Position numbers and translations under genes: made by a program
Shown here: one piece after another, positions 11,470 to 23,945 of the stretch
How the letters are laid out: every line of letters begins with the position of its first letter
Position numbering within the stretch: the first letter of the stretch is position 1
The notes under the pieces: generated by a model
What the model was told of the DNA's origin: nothing
The model's database searches: none
The model's input: the letters and a program-made list of their open reading frames with translations, nothing else
Origin: Calcarisporiella thermophila CBS 279.70
Lineage: Eukaryota; Fungi; Calcarisporiellomycota
Reading direction: 5' to 3'
Assembly (NCBI RefSeq): GCF_041956535.1
Contig: NW_027192205.1
Coordinates: forward strand, 266,468 to 306,460
DNA: 39,993 nucleotides

Positions 11470-13525
11470 AATCCCGTTTGGTGAGCTGTTCATTACATAT
11501 TTATTGTTTATCTTTTCTTAGTTTCACCGCTTTTCCTTCCCTAAACCTTTCTTGTAACTATTGTCCTTTCCCCCGCCCCTTTCTTATCATCATCACCTTG
11601 GTTGTGCTCAGCTTCCGAAAACCAAGTGTTCCCAATAAACAATTCCATTTCTCATTGATCCTACTAGGTTGAATCTGGCAACTCATTTACAAATTGAGGG
11701 ATTTGTTCTATAAAAGACTAGGTAAATTGCATTGAATTAGTGGGCAGTTCTTTTATCCCAGCGTGTAGGGGCCCATTCTATGACATCTTTAAGGATGGAA
11801 TCGATTGAGCTTAGCTCAAATAAATAATTTACATCATCTTCTCTTATCACATTATCGTCCACTGTTCCAGAACGGTTTATCACCTAATATAGCATTTACT
11901 GTTACAGGTAAACCGGCGGATATCGACGCTTTAGCAATGGACTCCCACTTAGCTACTCCTCCGAAAAGATAAGAATTAGTGCATTCTTTTGTCGATTTTC
12001 AAAAGACAACTCATTTCTTCAAGCTATCATTCCCATGAAAGTTCAGTGAACTTTGACTAAGGATGAACACCCGGAGGGTACACATGACACCAATATAGCC
12101 AAAGAAGGACGGCGTATTCTTGGCCCAACGTGTTATTATTGAGAAAATGCATGTGCCTTCGTTAGCTTCAATCATTGTAAAGGACGAAATTTTGCATGAG
12201 TTTGATCTCCATTTCGAGGGCATATTCCTATCAACCCCCCTCCCCTTCCGTCCCCTCTTCGACCTCAACCAAAGTTGGCATTGTCGTTGGAAATAGTAAA
12301 ATCCATAACAAGTATCAATTTAGGCATATCCGCCTATTTATAATGCTAGTTGTTTGCGCTGATTTCTTCTTCTCTAGCTTGCAAGAGATGTTTTGTTCAT
12401 GCTCACTTGAACTGCAAGGTGGCTTGTCTTAGCGGTGGGGAGTGCATCTTCATGGCATTCTTGTTTTTGTTTTGCGACTGTGGATTTAGTTCCAAAAATA
12501 TTTATGAGACGCACCCTAATTTGGGAATAGCAGTCCAATATTCCCACTCCAAATTGAACATCAAATTGACTTGAGTTGCAGAGGTTATTGGTTAACTTCT
12601 TTGTGATGTAGATAGTAATTATAGGAGGATACCTCTCCTTTTAAATCAAAAAGGCGTCTTTGTCTCATTAATCATAATTACAGAGGCATTATGGGATCAA
12701 TTGACGAGTGCATATTAGTTGGAAATCGCAAAGCTTACTAAGGCGGATGATCATAAGCGTAGGATACATTTTCACTATTATTACGGAATACGTCGGGCCT
12801 ATGAATTCACCTCTGAATTGATTCCCATCTTCTTTTGAGTGTGTTAGGCCCATTCGTGGAAATATTGTTCGCGGCGAGAGTGAGAGAAAGCAAGTGTAGT
12901 TTGCTGTTCGTTCTGCGCATAACGGAACGAAATACTACTGGCGACTGGCAAATTTATTTTGTTTACTAGTTGTAAAGGACCAAACTGAATGGAGACTTCA
13001 CCGGTGAGGTTAGAAAATGTAGCCTTTTGCAAAATGATGGAAAATGAGTGGGAAAACATTCTCCCTCTCCTTGGAGCTGAAAGAAAGAGAGAGGATCTCT
13101 AGAGCACTTCCATCGGGCAATCGGCTAAGCCAGCCTTAAGCATGCGGTATGCGTGATAACTTGGATCGAGGTGTATTTTTAGGCGTGAGGTGACTAAGAA
13201 AAACCCACCGTATGGGAATGGCTTTCAAGCCATCTGCTCTATTTTTCCACCGCTGGGTAGGCTCTAATTTTTGGTCGGAAATAAGCCAGTCTCAATCGGA
13301 ATGTAAGGCGGACTAGGCTGACTCCTAAGTCGGAGCGTTCCATTCTGCATTACATCGCCTTCAGTTTTTCCCCACCATGTCACCTTCTAAAAATACAGCA
13401 TGTACAGCACAGACATCCGTCATACGACCTTAGGTTGAACGTGCATGCCGCATTTTGCAGGCATGGCGCATAGAGAAACTTGGAGGACTCAGTTTTTTAT
13501 AGTAACCTCAATCTTCACTCGAGAA

Positions 13526-13533
13526 TATAAATA
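13526..13533 (+). promoter_or_regulatory. TATA box upstream of the small secreted peptide gene
   Basis: TATAAATA about 100 nt upstream of ATG 13629, which sits in a ccaccATG context. Confidence 0.5.
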
Positions 13534-13628
13534 CGGGCGAGCCTCCTCGCCCAAGAGTGAGGTTTTCAAGATATTGAAACTCTTCTCGATAATTTCTTAC
13601 TGAGCTTACTGTCTTTCGCCTTTCCACC

Positions 13629-13913
13629 ATGAAGCTTACTCTTCTTCTCTCTGTTCTCCTCCTGGCCTCTCTCGTTGTTGCGGTGCCTCAAGACGACGAA
13701 TATCACGACTACAAACATAAAGACAAGAAAGGTGGCAAGAAGGGCACCTCGACGTGCAATGTCACCTGCCGCAAAGGTCTTTATCCTTATTGTAGCTGCT
13801 ACCAGACTTTCGACCAAGCAATGTCTGCCAAATCCGACAAGTCGAAGAAGACCTCGAGCTGCTCTGTCACTTGTGCACATGACCAGGCGCCCTATTGCTA
13901 TTGCTACTACTAA
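13629..13913 (+). CDS. Small secreted cysteine-rich protein (94 aa) with two 4-Cys repeats; putative peptide precursor
   Basis: Signal peptide MKLTLLLSVLLLASLVVA. Charged pro-region. Repeats TSTCNVTCRKGLYPYCSCY and TSSCSVTCAHDQAPYCYCY. Good Kozak context and a TATA box. Confidence 0.85.
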   Translation: MKLTLLLSVLLLASLVVAVPQDDEYHDYKHKDKKGGKKGTSTCNVTCRKGLYPYCSCYQTFDQAMSAKSDKSKKTSSCSVTCAHDQAPYCYCYY

Positions 13914-16248
13914 GAAAGAATGGTCGACGGCTATGAAATAACATCCTGATATGATCTACTTAAACCCCCCTACCCAATATCGATCCATGATAGCCAATGA
14001 CGGCTAAATGATATGTGCACACTCCGTATTATGTGTACTAGTATTTTGAAATTTGTTCGTTGTGTCTATGTGTAATAAACGACCATTATTTGGTAAACCG
14101 CGATGCATGCACTATTGAAGGAAACAACCGCTGGTTAGAGATGGCCCTTTCTATCCAGCCGCAGAGGCAAAGCCCGCCCTCTATTTCGGTACTTCTCAGA
14201 GATGCAAAGTGCCGTTGAATTGGTTCGAAACGCGGCATAATGCATAGCCACCCTACCACATTAGAAAAGGCCCCTATGTGAAAGGAGAATCAAGAGCAGA
14301 TACTATGCAAGTTAGTCGATGTTGAGTAGAAACCTAGCCAAAGCGGGGTTTGAGATGCCACCTATTTGATATTTCAGCATGATTCCTAATTCTGGAGAAA
14401 CGAGCGATCCTATTTATATCCGAATAAATAAAACACGCCTTGTATATTCCTTGTAGCGTTCCCCCCACGCGTATCACGTGTGTGAAATATAAATAGGCTG
14501 CTCGAGTTAAAAGCAAGTGGTCCTCCGAAACCCTTTTTGCAATTGAACCACCATCGCATGTTGGGGCACTCTACAGTGTAGGATGATGGTTTAACTCTTG
14601 AAATCGAGATATTTAAATCGTATTTTCTGAATCGAGGAAGGTTTCTGAAACCAACGCCCACTATTCGCTCATTATATGTCTGATTCCATAGGTGGGTAAT
14701 CAAAATTCACACCGGTGCGAGTAATGCGTTTACAATTTTGGCGGAGGAAGAGGTAGATCCACAAATATGTGGTTTAGGGAGGTGCACATTTCCGTACATA
14801 GTAAGCCGATATCCAGTTAATTACGCTCGGTCAAAGCATTTCATTCTATTTGAAATAGTGTATCAATAGTAAAAATTCAACGCACAGAGAAGCAAGAGTT
14901 GAAGAGAATTGGGATTATAGCAATTTAATTTAAGACCCCTTTCAAAGCAAGTGTGATAATCAGAATAGCTAATTAAACAGTCTTTTCAGCGGCGGTCAAA
15001 ATGAGATGCACAGGGACGAAGTAATACAAAATATTGAAAACTAAGTGGAATGAAAAGTATATGAATTTAATTGGAACTGTATTATAATGAGGTTGGCCCC
15101 ATAGATATAAAATCTTCATAGAGCATTATAAAACGCCTTTGGCAGTGGTATACTGCGCGGTTCGTGCCCCTCCATCCCAACAAGATGAAGTCCTACTATC
15201 AAGGTTAAAATGATGCAGGTTTATAAGCTATTTTCGCTTCGTCCATAGTCCGAAGTTTAATATAGTGAAGGCACATCTGAAAATCTCTGCTGATGGATCT
15301 ACTGGAAAATATTGTCTCATATAGCGGCGCTCGATACATGGGATTATTTTGACTCCTCCGACCACCTTTTTAAATTCTAATCGCAAGCCAGATGTATTGG
15401 CCCACCTCTGTAATTAAGAGGTAATACCATGGTTTAGATTGGAATGAGTTCAGAGGATCCTTAACTGATGATACTAAGTCTGTCGGGGCACTAAAGGAGG
15501 GCAGGGATTTTCGAGGAAAGAGTATAAACCACAGACAATGAGCTCCGAGCATGGGAATCTATTTCCACAAGGTCTGCACATCGGAATATTAAACATGGAT
15601 TTGCATTCATCCCAAGGGGAGTCCAATTGAGACTGAGGAGAAAACAACTCCAAAGAAGGTGTGAGCTCAAGGAAGGTGGGGAATCGATAGGGCCTCAAAT
15701 CAGTAGCAAATGGATATTGGAGTGTTTCAAAATTTTTTTTTGCTTTTAACAAGGCTCGATGTTTGTGATGCACTTATATGAGTCCACGTTCCCATCGCTG
15801 AAAAAAGAAGTATAGCGGGAAATGTGAAAAGAGCATAGAGGATTCCAACTTTAGGTGAAGGATTCTAGATGAAAGTCTCCGAGGGCTTGTTTGGCGTTTA
15901 AAAGTGAGACGAGCAATTCGAAGCAGAGTTCAATTTAGGCAGTTGGAATGGAATCCCCTGTCACTGAAGAAACTAAGATGGCAAGGAAATATCCTGACTC
16001 GTCATAAATAGCTAACGTTGGATGGAGGTCAATTACTCCTGTTTGGCATAGCAGCCATCCCATGGGAAACCTACACAGAGGAAACTTTAGCATGGGAAAA
16101 ACAGGCTTCTCAGCGAAGGCCAGAGAAGCATTCCTAAGACCATTATTTATAGGACTGGACAGCGGCCTCTCCAACTTCTTCTGAGTATCCATTCTCTGGA
16201 TTGTCCTCAACTCGAAACCGACCCGTCTGAATAAAATACTTCATCGAA

Positions 16249-16880
16249 ATGGCTTCTCTTCGCGACTCGCCTTGGGATTACGACCCTATGGACACTTGGG
16301 CCTTTGGTCGCTATGACCGTGGCACGGATCGCTTTGGAGACCGATTCCTGGGGGAGCGGATGGGATATGATCGTGGCGGCCCAGACTATGGAAGGCCGGG
16401 TTGGTCCTTCACTGGCTCAGGCAACTACGACGAAAGAGGTTTTCGAATTCCCCGACACGTGGGGAGCAGGGTGATGACGGCGAGAGAGGGGGATGTGGTG
16501 TGGAGGCCGGCTACCGATGTGACCGAGACAGACCAGGATCTGCTTATTGTATGCGATCTGCCCGGCGTCCCGAAAGAGCATGTCCAACTCAACATGCGAG
16601 ACGAGGATTTAGTGATCGAAGGCGAGACACCAGATAGGTACCCAGGGGCGACTAGTTGCGTGCGTGAACGCAACATCGGCAAGTTCCGCAAGCATGTTCA
16701 CCTGCCTGCAGGGGTCGATCGCAACAAGATCCGGGCCAACTGTGACAATGGGATATTGGAGATAAGGGTATATTGTATTTAATCCATGCGTGTTTACATT
16801 GGTACTACATACTCACGAACCCATATCACCAAAAATAGATTCCAAAGGGCTCCTACACGTCTCGCATCAACATCTCTTAA
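16249..16880 (+). CDS. Small heat-shock protein (HSP20/alpha-crystallin domain)
   Basis: WRPATDVTETDQDLLIVCDLPGVPKEHVQL...ERNIGKFRKHVHLP...IRANCDNGILEIR. Intron 16768-16838 restores the canonical continuation IPKGSYTSRINIS*, including a terminal IXI-like motif. Confidence 0.93.
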
Positions 16881-17768
16881 ATAAGACCACCGTGACTCCA
16901 AACTCACCAAAAACAAAAAAAATACATAGTACAAAAAATATGAAAAGTATCATTATTTTAAAAGTAATAATTTCGTTTCCACTCTTCGCTCCTTGATGTC
17001 TGTTTCCTAGTCCTAAAGCGGGAGATTACTAAAAATTACAGAAATAAAAGATTGGCTATCTAACAAAGGTTATAGTGTATTATGCTCTTAGTAAGTCCTG
17101 ATTTCGAATCAGCCACCATGAGGCTAAACTGTAGTCATTTCTTCCATGGAACATCCAAAGCGGCGGAACGGGCTCCCCCCTCCCCCTGTTTCCAGAAAAT
17201 AAAGCGACCAAGGGCGGGTGGGATCGAGTCACTCCGCGAACATTCTACCAGAAACACTTGGAAAAGCCACTCCATAACCCGGGTTGGGGCCGATGCCGCA
17301 GTTGGAGCTAGTTTCTGCAAGCAGTTTCTTGTGTAAAAATAGACAGGGTTTGAGGAGAGTAGGCCCCCCTGCTAGACGAGCGCGTCGACGTCATCACGCA
17401 TCCGTTTGCAGTCGATAGCAGGAGGATGGAAGGTTCCGCCAACAGCCACATTAAAGCTAAGTGGGAGGGAGAGAGGCGGGGGGCTCCTCTCGTACTCATT
17501 TCCGAAAGCGGCGAATGATTCGCAGGAAGAAGGCCAAGATCAACCTTCGGTGATTTCCTTGGCAGTCCTAGCCTCACCGGTATTGGGGGGCTGGTTGGGA
17601 AAAAGGGGGACAATTACGAGTTACGCGAACATCTTGCCATCGGAGGCTGCCATTGGCCAGGAATGGGTCCCAAGTGGCAGCTAATTATTTTCAAACCGTT
17701 ATCCTTCCATTCATACCCATCTTCCTTCGCCCAATCTTTTTCAATTCAACCAAGAGTGTCTGCTGAAA

Positions 17769-18585
17769 ATGAGAGTATCTTGGTGCGGCACCCTCCTGTT
17801 CCTGTCGGCGGCAGCTGCCCATGCCATCCCGCTTCTGGACACCCCCCCCTCTCATCCCGCTGAAAAATCGGTCGACAATCATCAGGTTGCCGCCTACTTA
17901 TCCACCCATTACCACGAACATCTCGAAACACTTGTGTCCAATGTGACGGAGAAGGTTTGCAGCGGCTTTCAAAATGCCGTCCACATAGACTCCAGACAGG
18001 TGTCGGATCCCCATCAAATTCGTATGCTCGTGGAAACAGAAGTGGACCCGGATATCTTTCGAATGCAAGTCGTTGGCGGAGTGGACAGTAAGTAGAGGAA
18101 GCTAAGGGGATGTCTCCCGTGATTGCTCTGGTGTTGATTAGGTCTTTCTTGGTTTCATAGCATACATCAAGGATGAGATCCCCGTCATTCTTGCTTCGTC
18201 CCCCCTCTACTCATCACCGCTCGCCAATTCTATAGCCCAGATTCTAACACGCTATTGCCCCTCTCCCACCAACGCCTCCTGCCTGAAGCAGCATGCCCCG
18301 TCCATCATGGACGATCTTGACGTTATTATCAACACCCACGTTTCCGGCATTCTCCTCAGTATCAGAGCAGCTGTGCCTCAGATGTGGAAAACCGTACAGC
18401 AGAGCGTAAACAGGGTGGTGGAGCAGCTGCAGTGGGACAAGACGATGCAGCATCGGGTCACCTTCTCTCCTCTTGGAGAGGTGGTGCTCCCGATGGGTGC
18501 AGAGCGTGATGAGCTGTTAAGTGTGAAGCACGATAGAGGAGAGGTTTTAAGGCGGTTTGTGCAGTTGATCGAACAGCAACTTTGA
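17769..18585 (+). CDS. Uncharacterised secreted, probably helical protein (about 247 aa), 2 exons
   Basis: Signal peptide MRVSWCGTLLFLSAAAAHA-IP. Intron 18088-18160 (gtaagt...tag) joins the two ORFs in frame (VDT YIKDEIPVILASSP). Confidence 0.8.
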
Positions 18586-19877
18586 ACACGACTTAGCTGT
18601 GGTTTACCCCCCTCCTCCCCCGTCATTCTATTTATTGAGCCCTTTCATATGTTGTAGGATCTTGTCTTTTCATTTTTATTGTCATTTGCAACCTGTACAT
18701 TTTATTTCAGATCTATTATGTTTATACACTCTGATCACTTCTCTATGCTTCTCTTCACGCATTTGCTTCCACCTCTTTCTATTCATCTTGCCCTCATTAT
18801 TATTATTTTGTTGTCAACGACGCACATCCCCCTTCCACAACACCCCCCCCCCCCAATGCACTTGCATAGGTCAAAATAGAAACAAATACAAAAATAAAAT
18901 GATATCAAATGAAAAATGGATCACCCCTCTCACGTTGCACCGGTCCCACCCCTTTTGCCACAAGCGTGGTATGGGTCTTGGATCCTGGTCCGAGCATCCC
19001 TACCACTGGGGATATACACTGCTGGAAAAGGGATGGAAAAACGCCTACTTAGCCATGCTGTCACAGAATCCACGATGCAAAGGCTCCTATTTGCTCCCTG
19101 TACCCGGACAAATTGCTAGTGGCCGGCCTTATGGACCTACTGGCATGCCCAAAGAAGCCACCAGTCCGGACTACGTAGTGCTACAGCAGGACTCTAACCA
19201 AGCATAGGCAAGTCGTGGTTTATCGAGATTTAAGATTGGGGGAGGGAGGAGGACATGAAAGCCATCTCCAGATCATATCACTTCTTTGTGAACGGAACAG
19301 AGCAATCGGCAATGATATCACAGCGGATATCCGGGGGGATAGCTAGTGGAGGCGCGTGCCAAGGGAAATGAGCGCGCCTCATAAATTATTCGATCGCTGC
19401 AATCTAAATGCAAAGCATTCATTACAAATTAACATGCTTCCGCATTTGCCGGTCCCCCGTTGGGCCATCGTGTCTTGAGAGGGCTCGACATGGAGGAGAA
19501 CGAGACGGGCGTGGCGGGAGCCAAGACGCCAGCCGCGCTCCTCCACCGGCTGGCTTGGCCCTTCGTCAGCTCTCGAAAAGGAAACCCATTAATGATTTCC
19601 CATCCAGAAAGGATCCTTTCATGCACCGTGAAACTCAACTTAGCAATACGGTCCCGTCCTTGGTGAGGTTTCGGGTTGCAGGTTTCTCCCTGCATCGATG
19701 CTGCCGCTGTAACCTTGGGTCACTTGCCGCGACGATTGCTTTGATTTGTATGGTTTCTGTCCAAGAACACGAGCCAGCATCCCTTATATTCTCCTCCTTC
19801 CTCTTTTGCGCTCTGCTCGCTGTCACCAGCTCCTCTTCGTTACTGACTCACGCTCATCCTCCCTAAGCTTCGCCACG

Positions 19878-21553
19878 ATGGGATTGTCGTAAGCATGCCT
19901 TCCCCCCTCCTCTCCTCCCCCATGCCCATTCCCCTTTGCTAACCTGATGCTCTACAGGGAAAAATTGCAGGCCAATCCGCTCTTTGCTTGGTACCGCCGC
20001 CCGCTCGTCCAAGTCTCTCTGCTTGGCTTTATCTTCTTCACTTGCCCTGGTTTGTTCAATGCCATCAATGGAATGGGTGCTGCGGGGCAGCTTGATGAAA
20101 ACACTTCCGTTGTTTCGACAATGAACGCCTGTCTCTATGCCTTCTTTGCAGTTATTGGTATGTTCCGCCGCCGATCTTAAATATCCCTCCCATGTTCATG
20201 GACTTATCCCGATTTCGCAACCGTAGGATTTGTTGCCGGGGGTATTAACAATCTGCTTGGGCCGCGTTTGACCATCTTTCTTTCCGGATGGGGCTACGTG
20301 TTCTACATCGGTGCCCTCTACGACTTCAATATGTGGGGAAACCCCGCCGTTCCGATTGCCGCCGGCGCTGTCCTGGGTATTGCCGCGGGCTGTATCTGGG
20401 CCGCGCAGGGAGCAATCATGATGAGCTACCCGGATGAAAGCAGCAAGGGCCGGTACATCGCGGTATTCTGGTCCATCTTCAACTGGGGCGCCGTGCTAGG
20501 CAACGTCATTGTGCTGGGGATGAATGCCAACTCCCAGGGCGGAGGCGGAGTGAGCACTGCAACTTACATCGCGTTCATGGTGCTAATGGGGCTGGGAAGC
20601 GTGATGGCGCTCGCCATGGTTCCTCCTCGGCTGGTCCAACGCAAAGACGGCTCGCGGGTCATGCTGGTGCAATATCCCGATTGGCGCACCGAGGCCGTCG
20701 CCATTGCCAAGCTTGTGCTCAACCGAGATCTCATGCTCCTCTTCCCCGCCTTCTTCTACAGCAACTTCTTTTACACATATCAGTTCGGCTTCAACGCCTA
20801 CTATTTCTCTGTGCGCACCCGCGCTCTCAACTCTCTCTTCTACTGGTTGATGCAGATACTCGCCTCCATTGGGTTCGGGTGGTTCCTCGACTGGACCCGG
20901 CTCTCCCGCCGCACTCGCGCATTCGCAGGCTTGGCGTTTGTCTTCACTGTGTTCTCGGTCGTGTGGGGTGGTGGGCTTGCCTTCCAGCTGACTTCGCCCT
21001 CGCCGCCTGAGAAGTCCCCGAACGTCGACTGGACCGACGGCCACCGTTTTGGGGGCCCTTTTGTGCTCTTCATGCTGTATGGAGCTTGCGATGCCTTTTT
21101 CCAGGTGTATTGCTACTGGATCATGGGTGCTCTCACCAATGATCCTCTCCGACTCTCCCGCTACGCTGGCTTCTATAAGGGCGTCCAGTCGGCCGGTGCC
21201 GCCGTGAGCTGGGGCATCGGTGAGTTGAGGCGCAGCGATCCTCTACCCAGTGGCCGGTCTTTCTAACTCTCCTCCATCCTCTACTTACGATAGGATCGGT
21301 GTCTTCTTTTCCTTTCTGGGGTGCGCTCGCTCTCAATTGGTCGCTACTTGTCGTTTCAACGCCGCTTGTTTTCATTGTGTGTCGTGGCATCAAGAATACA
21401 AATTATGGTACCCATTGTCTTGTCCTTATCCTTGGGAAAATTCCTTCACTTATTTTTTTTTTTTCGCTTACTTATAAAGGCACTGAAGATTTCGAAAAGA
21501 ACAATGCGACTCGGGGTGAGAAAGAGAAGATGGAATTGCCCAACCGCGAGTAG
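19878..21553 (+). CDS. UNC-93-like MFS transporter (DUF895 type), 5 exons
   Basis: QVSLLGFIFFTCPGLFNAINGMGAAG, GCIWAAQGAIMMSYP..KGRYIAVFWSIFNWG, FFYSNFFYTYQF, FSVRTRALN, RYAGFYKGVQSAGAAVSW. Introns approximately 19889-19957, 20158-20226, 21220-21293, 21408-21479. Confidence 0.92.
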
Positions 21554-22655
21554 AAAATATAACTTTATTCTCCCAACTGACAACGCGACATTCACGAATA
21601 TTACACTCAGTATTAATCCCATAGAGACACTGTTGGTTTCATCTTTTTTTTTCCTTCTTACTTGCATGTAATATCTTTGAGCACATCAGCGAGGACGCCT
21701 ACTTGTCCTAAACTCTCTATTTATTTGAAGTATAACTCCACGAAGGTGTTAGCGCATCTTTCCTGGGTGAAGCATTGGAAGAATGGTTATATTTAGGCAG
21801 GAAGAGATGTCATCAAGGCGTTGATCACTTGCCGCCCCCTTGAGCTTGATTTGATCCTGACTAATGCATTTGGATGTCAGCTAGAGGGTTTGTATGGAGG
21901 GTTCAGGGGGTTATTTCATTGCATGCTTCTGTAGACTTCGTTGGAGGAGACAAGCTGTTTAAATAGTTCCTGTGTATTATGACTCGATTCGTTACTAAAA
22001 ATCGGCGTTCTTTGCTTATGTCCCTTGCTTCTGTCTTCAAGTTTTGCCTTAGTATTCTATAATAAATGTGTAATGAATACGGTACATTTGCCACGCTTTA
22101 TACCCCCTTCAATAACCAAATCCGCTTTTCCAAAGAGGGGCTATATCGACACGCAGAAAAAGGGAGTGACAAAGATACAACACATTGAAATGAAATTCAA
22201 ATCCTAAGAATAGTGCGCTTGCATACGCTGTACATAGAGAGAGAAGACGTCGATAGACGCCTAGAGTATCCAATCTACACTGCGAATCATACAAAGCACT
22301 ACCGGGTAATTTAAAGAGATTCCACTAGCAGTCCCTGCTTTCATTCGGCTAATGAAAAGCGGAGAGGCCCTTGTGGAATTGGGCTAAGTAAACCGGTGTT
22401 CTTTGGTATTGTGGCGGGAGGGGACCCTCGGTGTAATACTCTGAGTCTAGCAAGTTATTCATCTCTCCAGAATTGGGATGAACCGTCCTCTCCTCCGGAG
22501 GATCGAACTTCCATATACACCATGAGTGCCTTGGAGTCTAACTATGACATAGGGTCAAACCCGTCCGATCCTCACGATGGCCTTCATCCGTTAGTTATGG
22601 TTAAAATTCATGCATATTAATTTAAATGGCCATCGGCCTAGGTGCCTAACGAAAT

Positions 22656-22682
22656 GGGCGTAGGCGTAGGGCGTAGGGCGTA
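22656..22682 (+). repeat. Short tandem repeat (G)GGCGTA x4
   Basis: gggcgta ggcgta gggcgta gggcgta. Confidence 0.7.
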
Positions 22683-22885
22683 CTCTGCACTATGCAGGCC
22701 AGCTGAAATCAAAAGCTTTCGAAGATGCATTGGGGGACTGCAGGTGCGTGCTCCAATGTGACTCTATTTCCATCCCAAATGACATTCAGCCGTATAAAAA
22801 CCCTTCCTACTCCCCTCTTCTCTTATATAAATAGATTGAACCAAAGTAGAGAAACCTTTATCCAGTTAAAATTTGAAACTGCATT

Positions 22886-23603
22886 ATGATACCTTCTCTA
22901 GGAAGCGGTAGGGTATTCCATAATACATCATCTATCCGAGCTATTGTTCAGAGAACTTTGATATCGGTCATTAGGGCCACCGTTCGCGAACCCCTCTATG
23001 TACCCCTCCGGTTCGATCCAGCAACCGATGGCTCAGCCCATGACCCAACAAGCTTCGCAACCAACCCCGCAGTCGCCACAGCGTCCCCCAAAACGAATAC
23101 CAGTCGCTTCCCCGCGAAGAAAAATTGCGTATCTGTCTCGAAATGGCATATTCAACAACCTGTTTAATGCGGGAATGGATCCCGCCCACGGCATCCATTT
23201 GGATACAGAACAGATTCCTGCGCAGTATCGGCGAAGACAGAAGAAGCGAAGAGAGGGTAAGTGGAGGCTTTTTGGCGGAGGCTTGCTTAGACCTTATAAT
23301 AGAGAGGCCGAAAAGGATGAAGAGTGGGAGGATTATGAGACTCAGCAAGGCACAAGCACGCAACACTATCAACAGGGTCCCACGATGACGCCTCAGGCGC
23401 CAGTCATGCCCGGGGTGATGCCGCCAGGAATGGCGGCTCCCCAACAGCCTCTGGCTGGACAACCCACGTGGGTGGCCCCACAGATGCCGGTAGCTGGAAT
23501 GGTTCCGCCGGGAGTGAATGGTATGATGAATCCAGGCGTCCCACCACAATACGCAACCATGACATTTGGGCAGCCCTTTCCTGGCCACGGTCACTTTGTA
23601 TAA
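22886..23603 (+). CDS. Uncharacterised Pro/Gln/Met-rich low-complexity protein, 2 exons
   Basis: Exon 22886-22907 (MIPSLGS G|gtaggg) splices at 22975 in frame into the 22998-23603 ORF. TATA-like elements lie near 22794 and 22826. Confidence 0.7.
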
Positions 23604-23945
23604 TAGGACCTATCAATCTTGTAGACACAAGGCTAGGGTCTTTTCGGCTCGCTCCATATTCACCACCACTCCTTAATTTTTTTTTCTTGGATGGAATAGT
23701 GATGCGAGCCGTTTACTCTTGGTGTTTATACAATTATTTGTTTATTTCTATTATAGTCCAGTTGGCTTATGTATAGTTCAAAGTATGCCAAAATAATAAA
23801 AAGTTAAGAAAGAATCCAACTGTTTCCATGGGGAAAGGATGCAGAGAAGAAGAAAATAGACATAGGTGGCCATGGTGTAATAGCTAGTATATGTACAAGA
23901 GGAAAAATTTTCATATGCCCATATAGTACAGAATTATATACTAGT

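Noticed and set aside
11900-12600. Possible pseudogene or TE relic with stop-interrupted frames
   Set aside because: The translations gave no recognisable motif, so it cannot be supported without a translated search.
13535-13552. GGGCGAG-cctc-CTCGCCC hairpin just after the TATA box
   Set aside because: A 7-bp stem is within chance expectation, and bacterial terminator logic does not apply here.
14300-15900. Short ORFs in the gene-poor region upstream of HSP20
   Set aside because: Mostly non-ATG starts, with no domain signature or coherent splice structure.
15840-16240. Heat-shock elements upstream of HSP20
   Set aside because: Only partial or mis-spaced GAA/TTC units were seen, with no clean triple nGAAn array.
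18599-19207. 202-aa ORF
   Set aside because: GTG start, runs through pyrimidine-rich 3' UTR-like sequence, and has no motif.
8219-21553. RiPP or secondary-metabolite cluster around the peptide precursor (AKR, HAD, MFS nearby)
   Set aside because: No DUF3328/UstYa oxidase, peptidase or backbone synthase was seen, and the neighbours look like housekeeping genes several kb away.
22656-22682. Telomere-like or G-quadruplex interpretation of the GGCGTA repeat
   Set aside because: Only four imperfect units, not TTAGGG, and one G-run has only two Gs.
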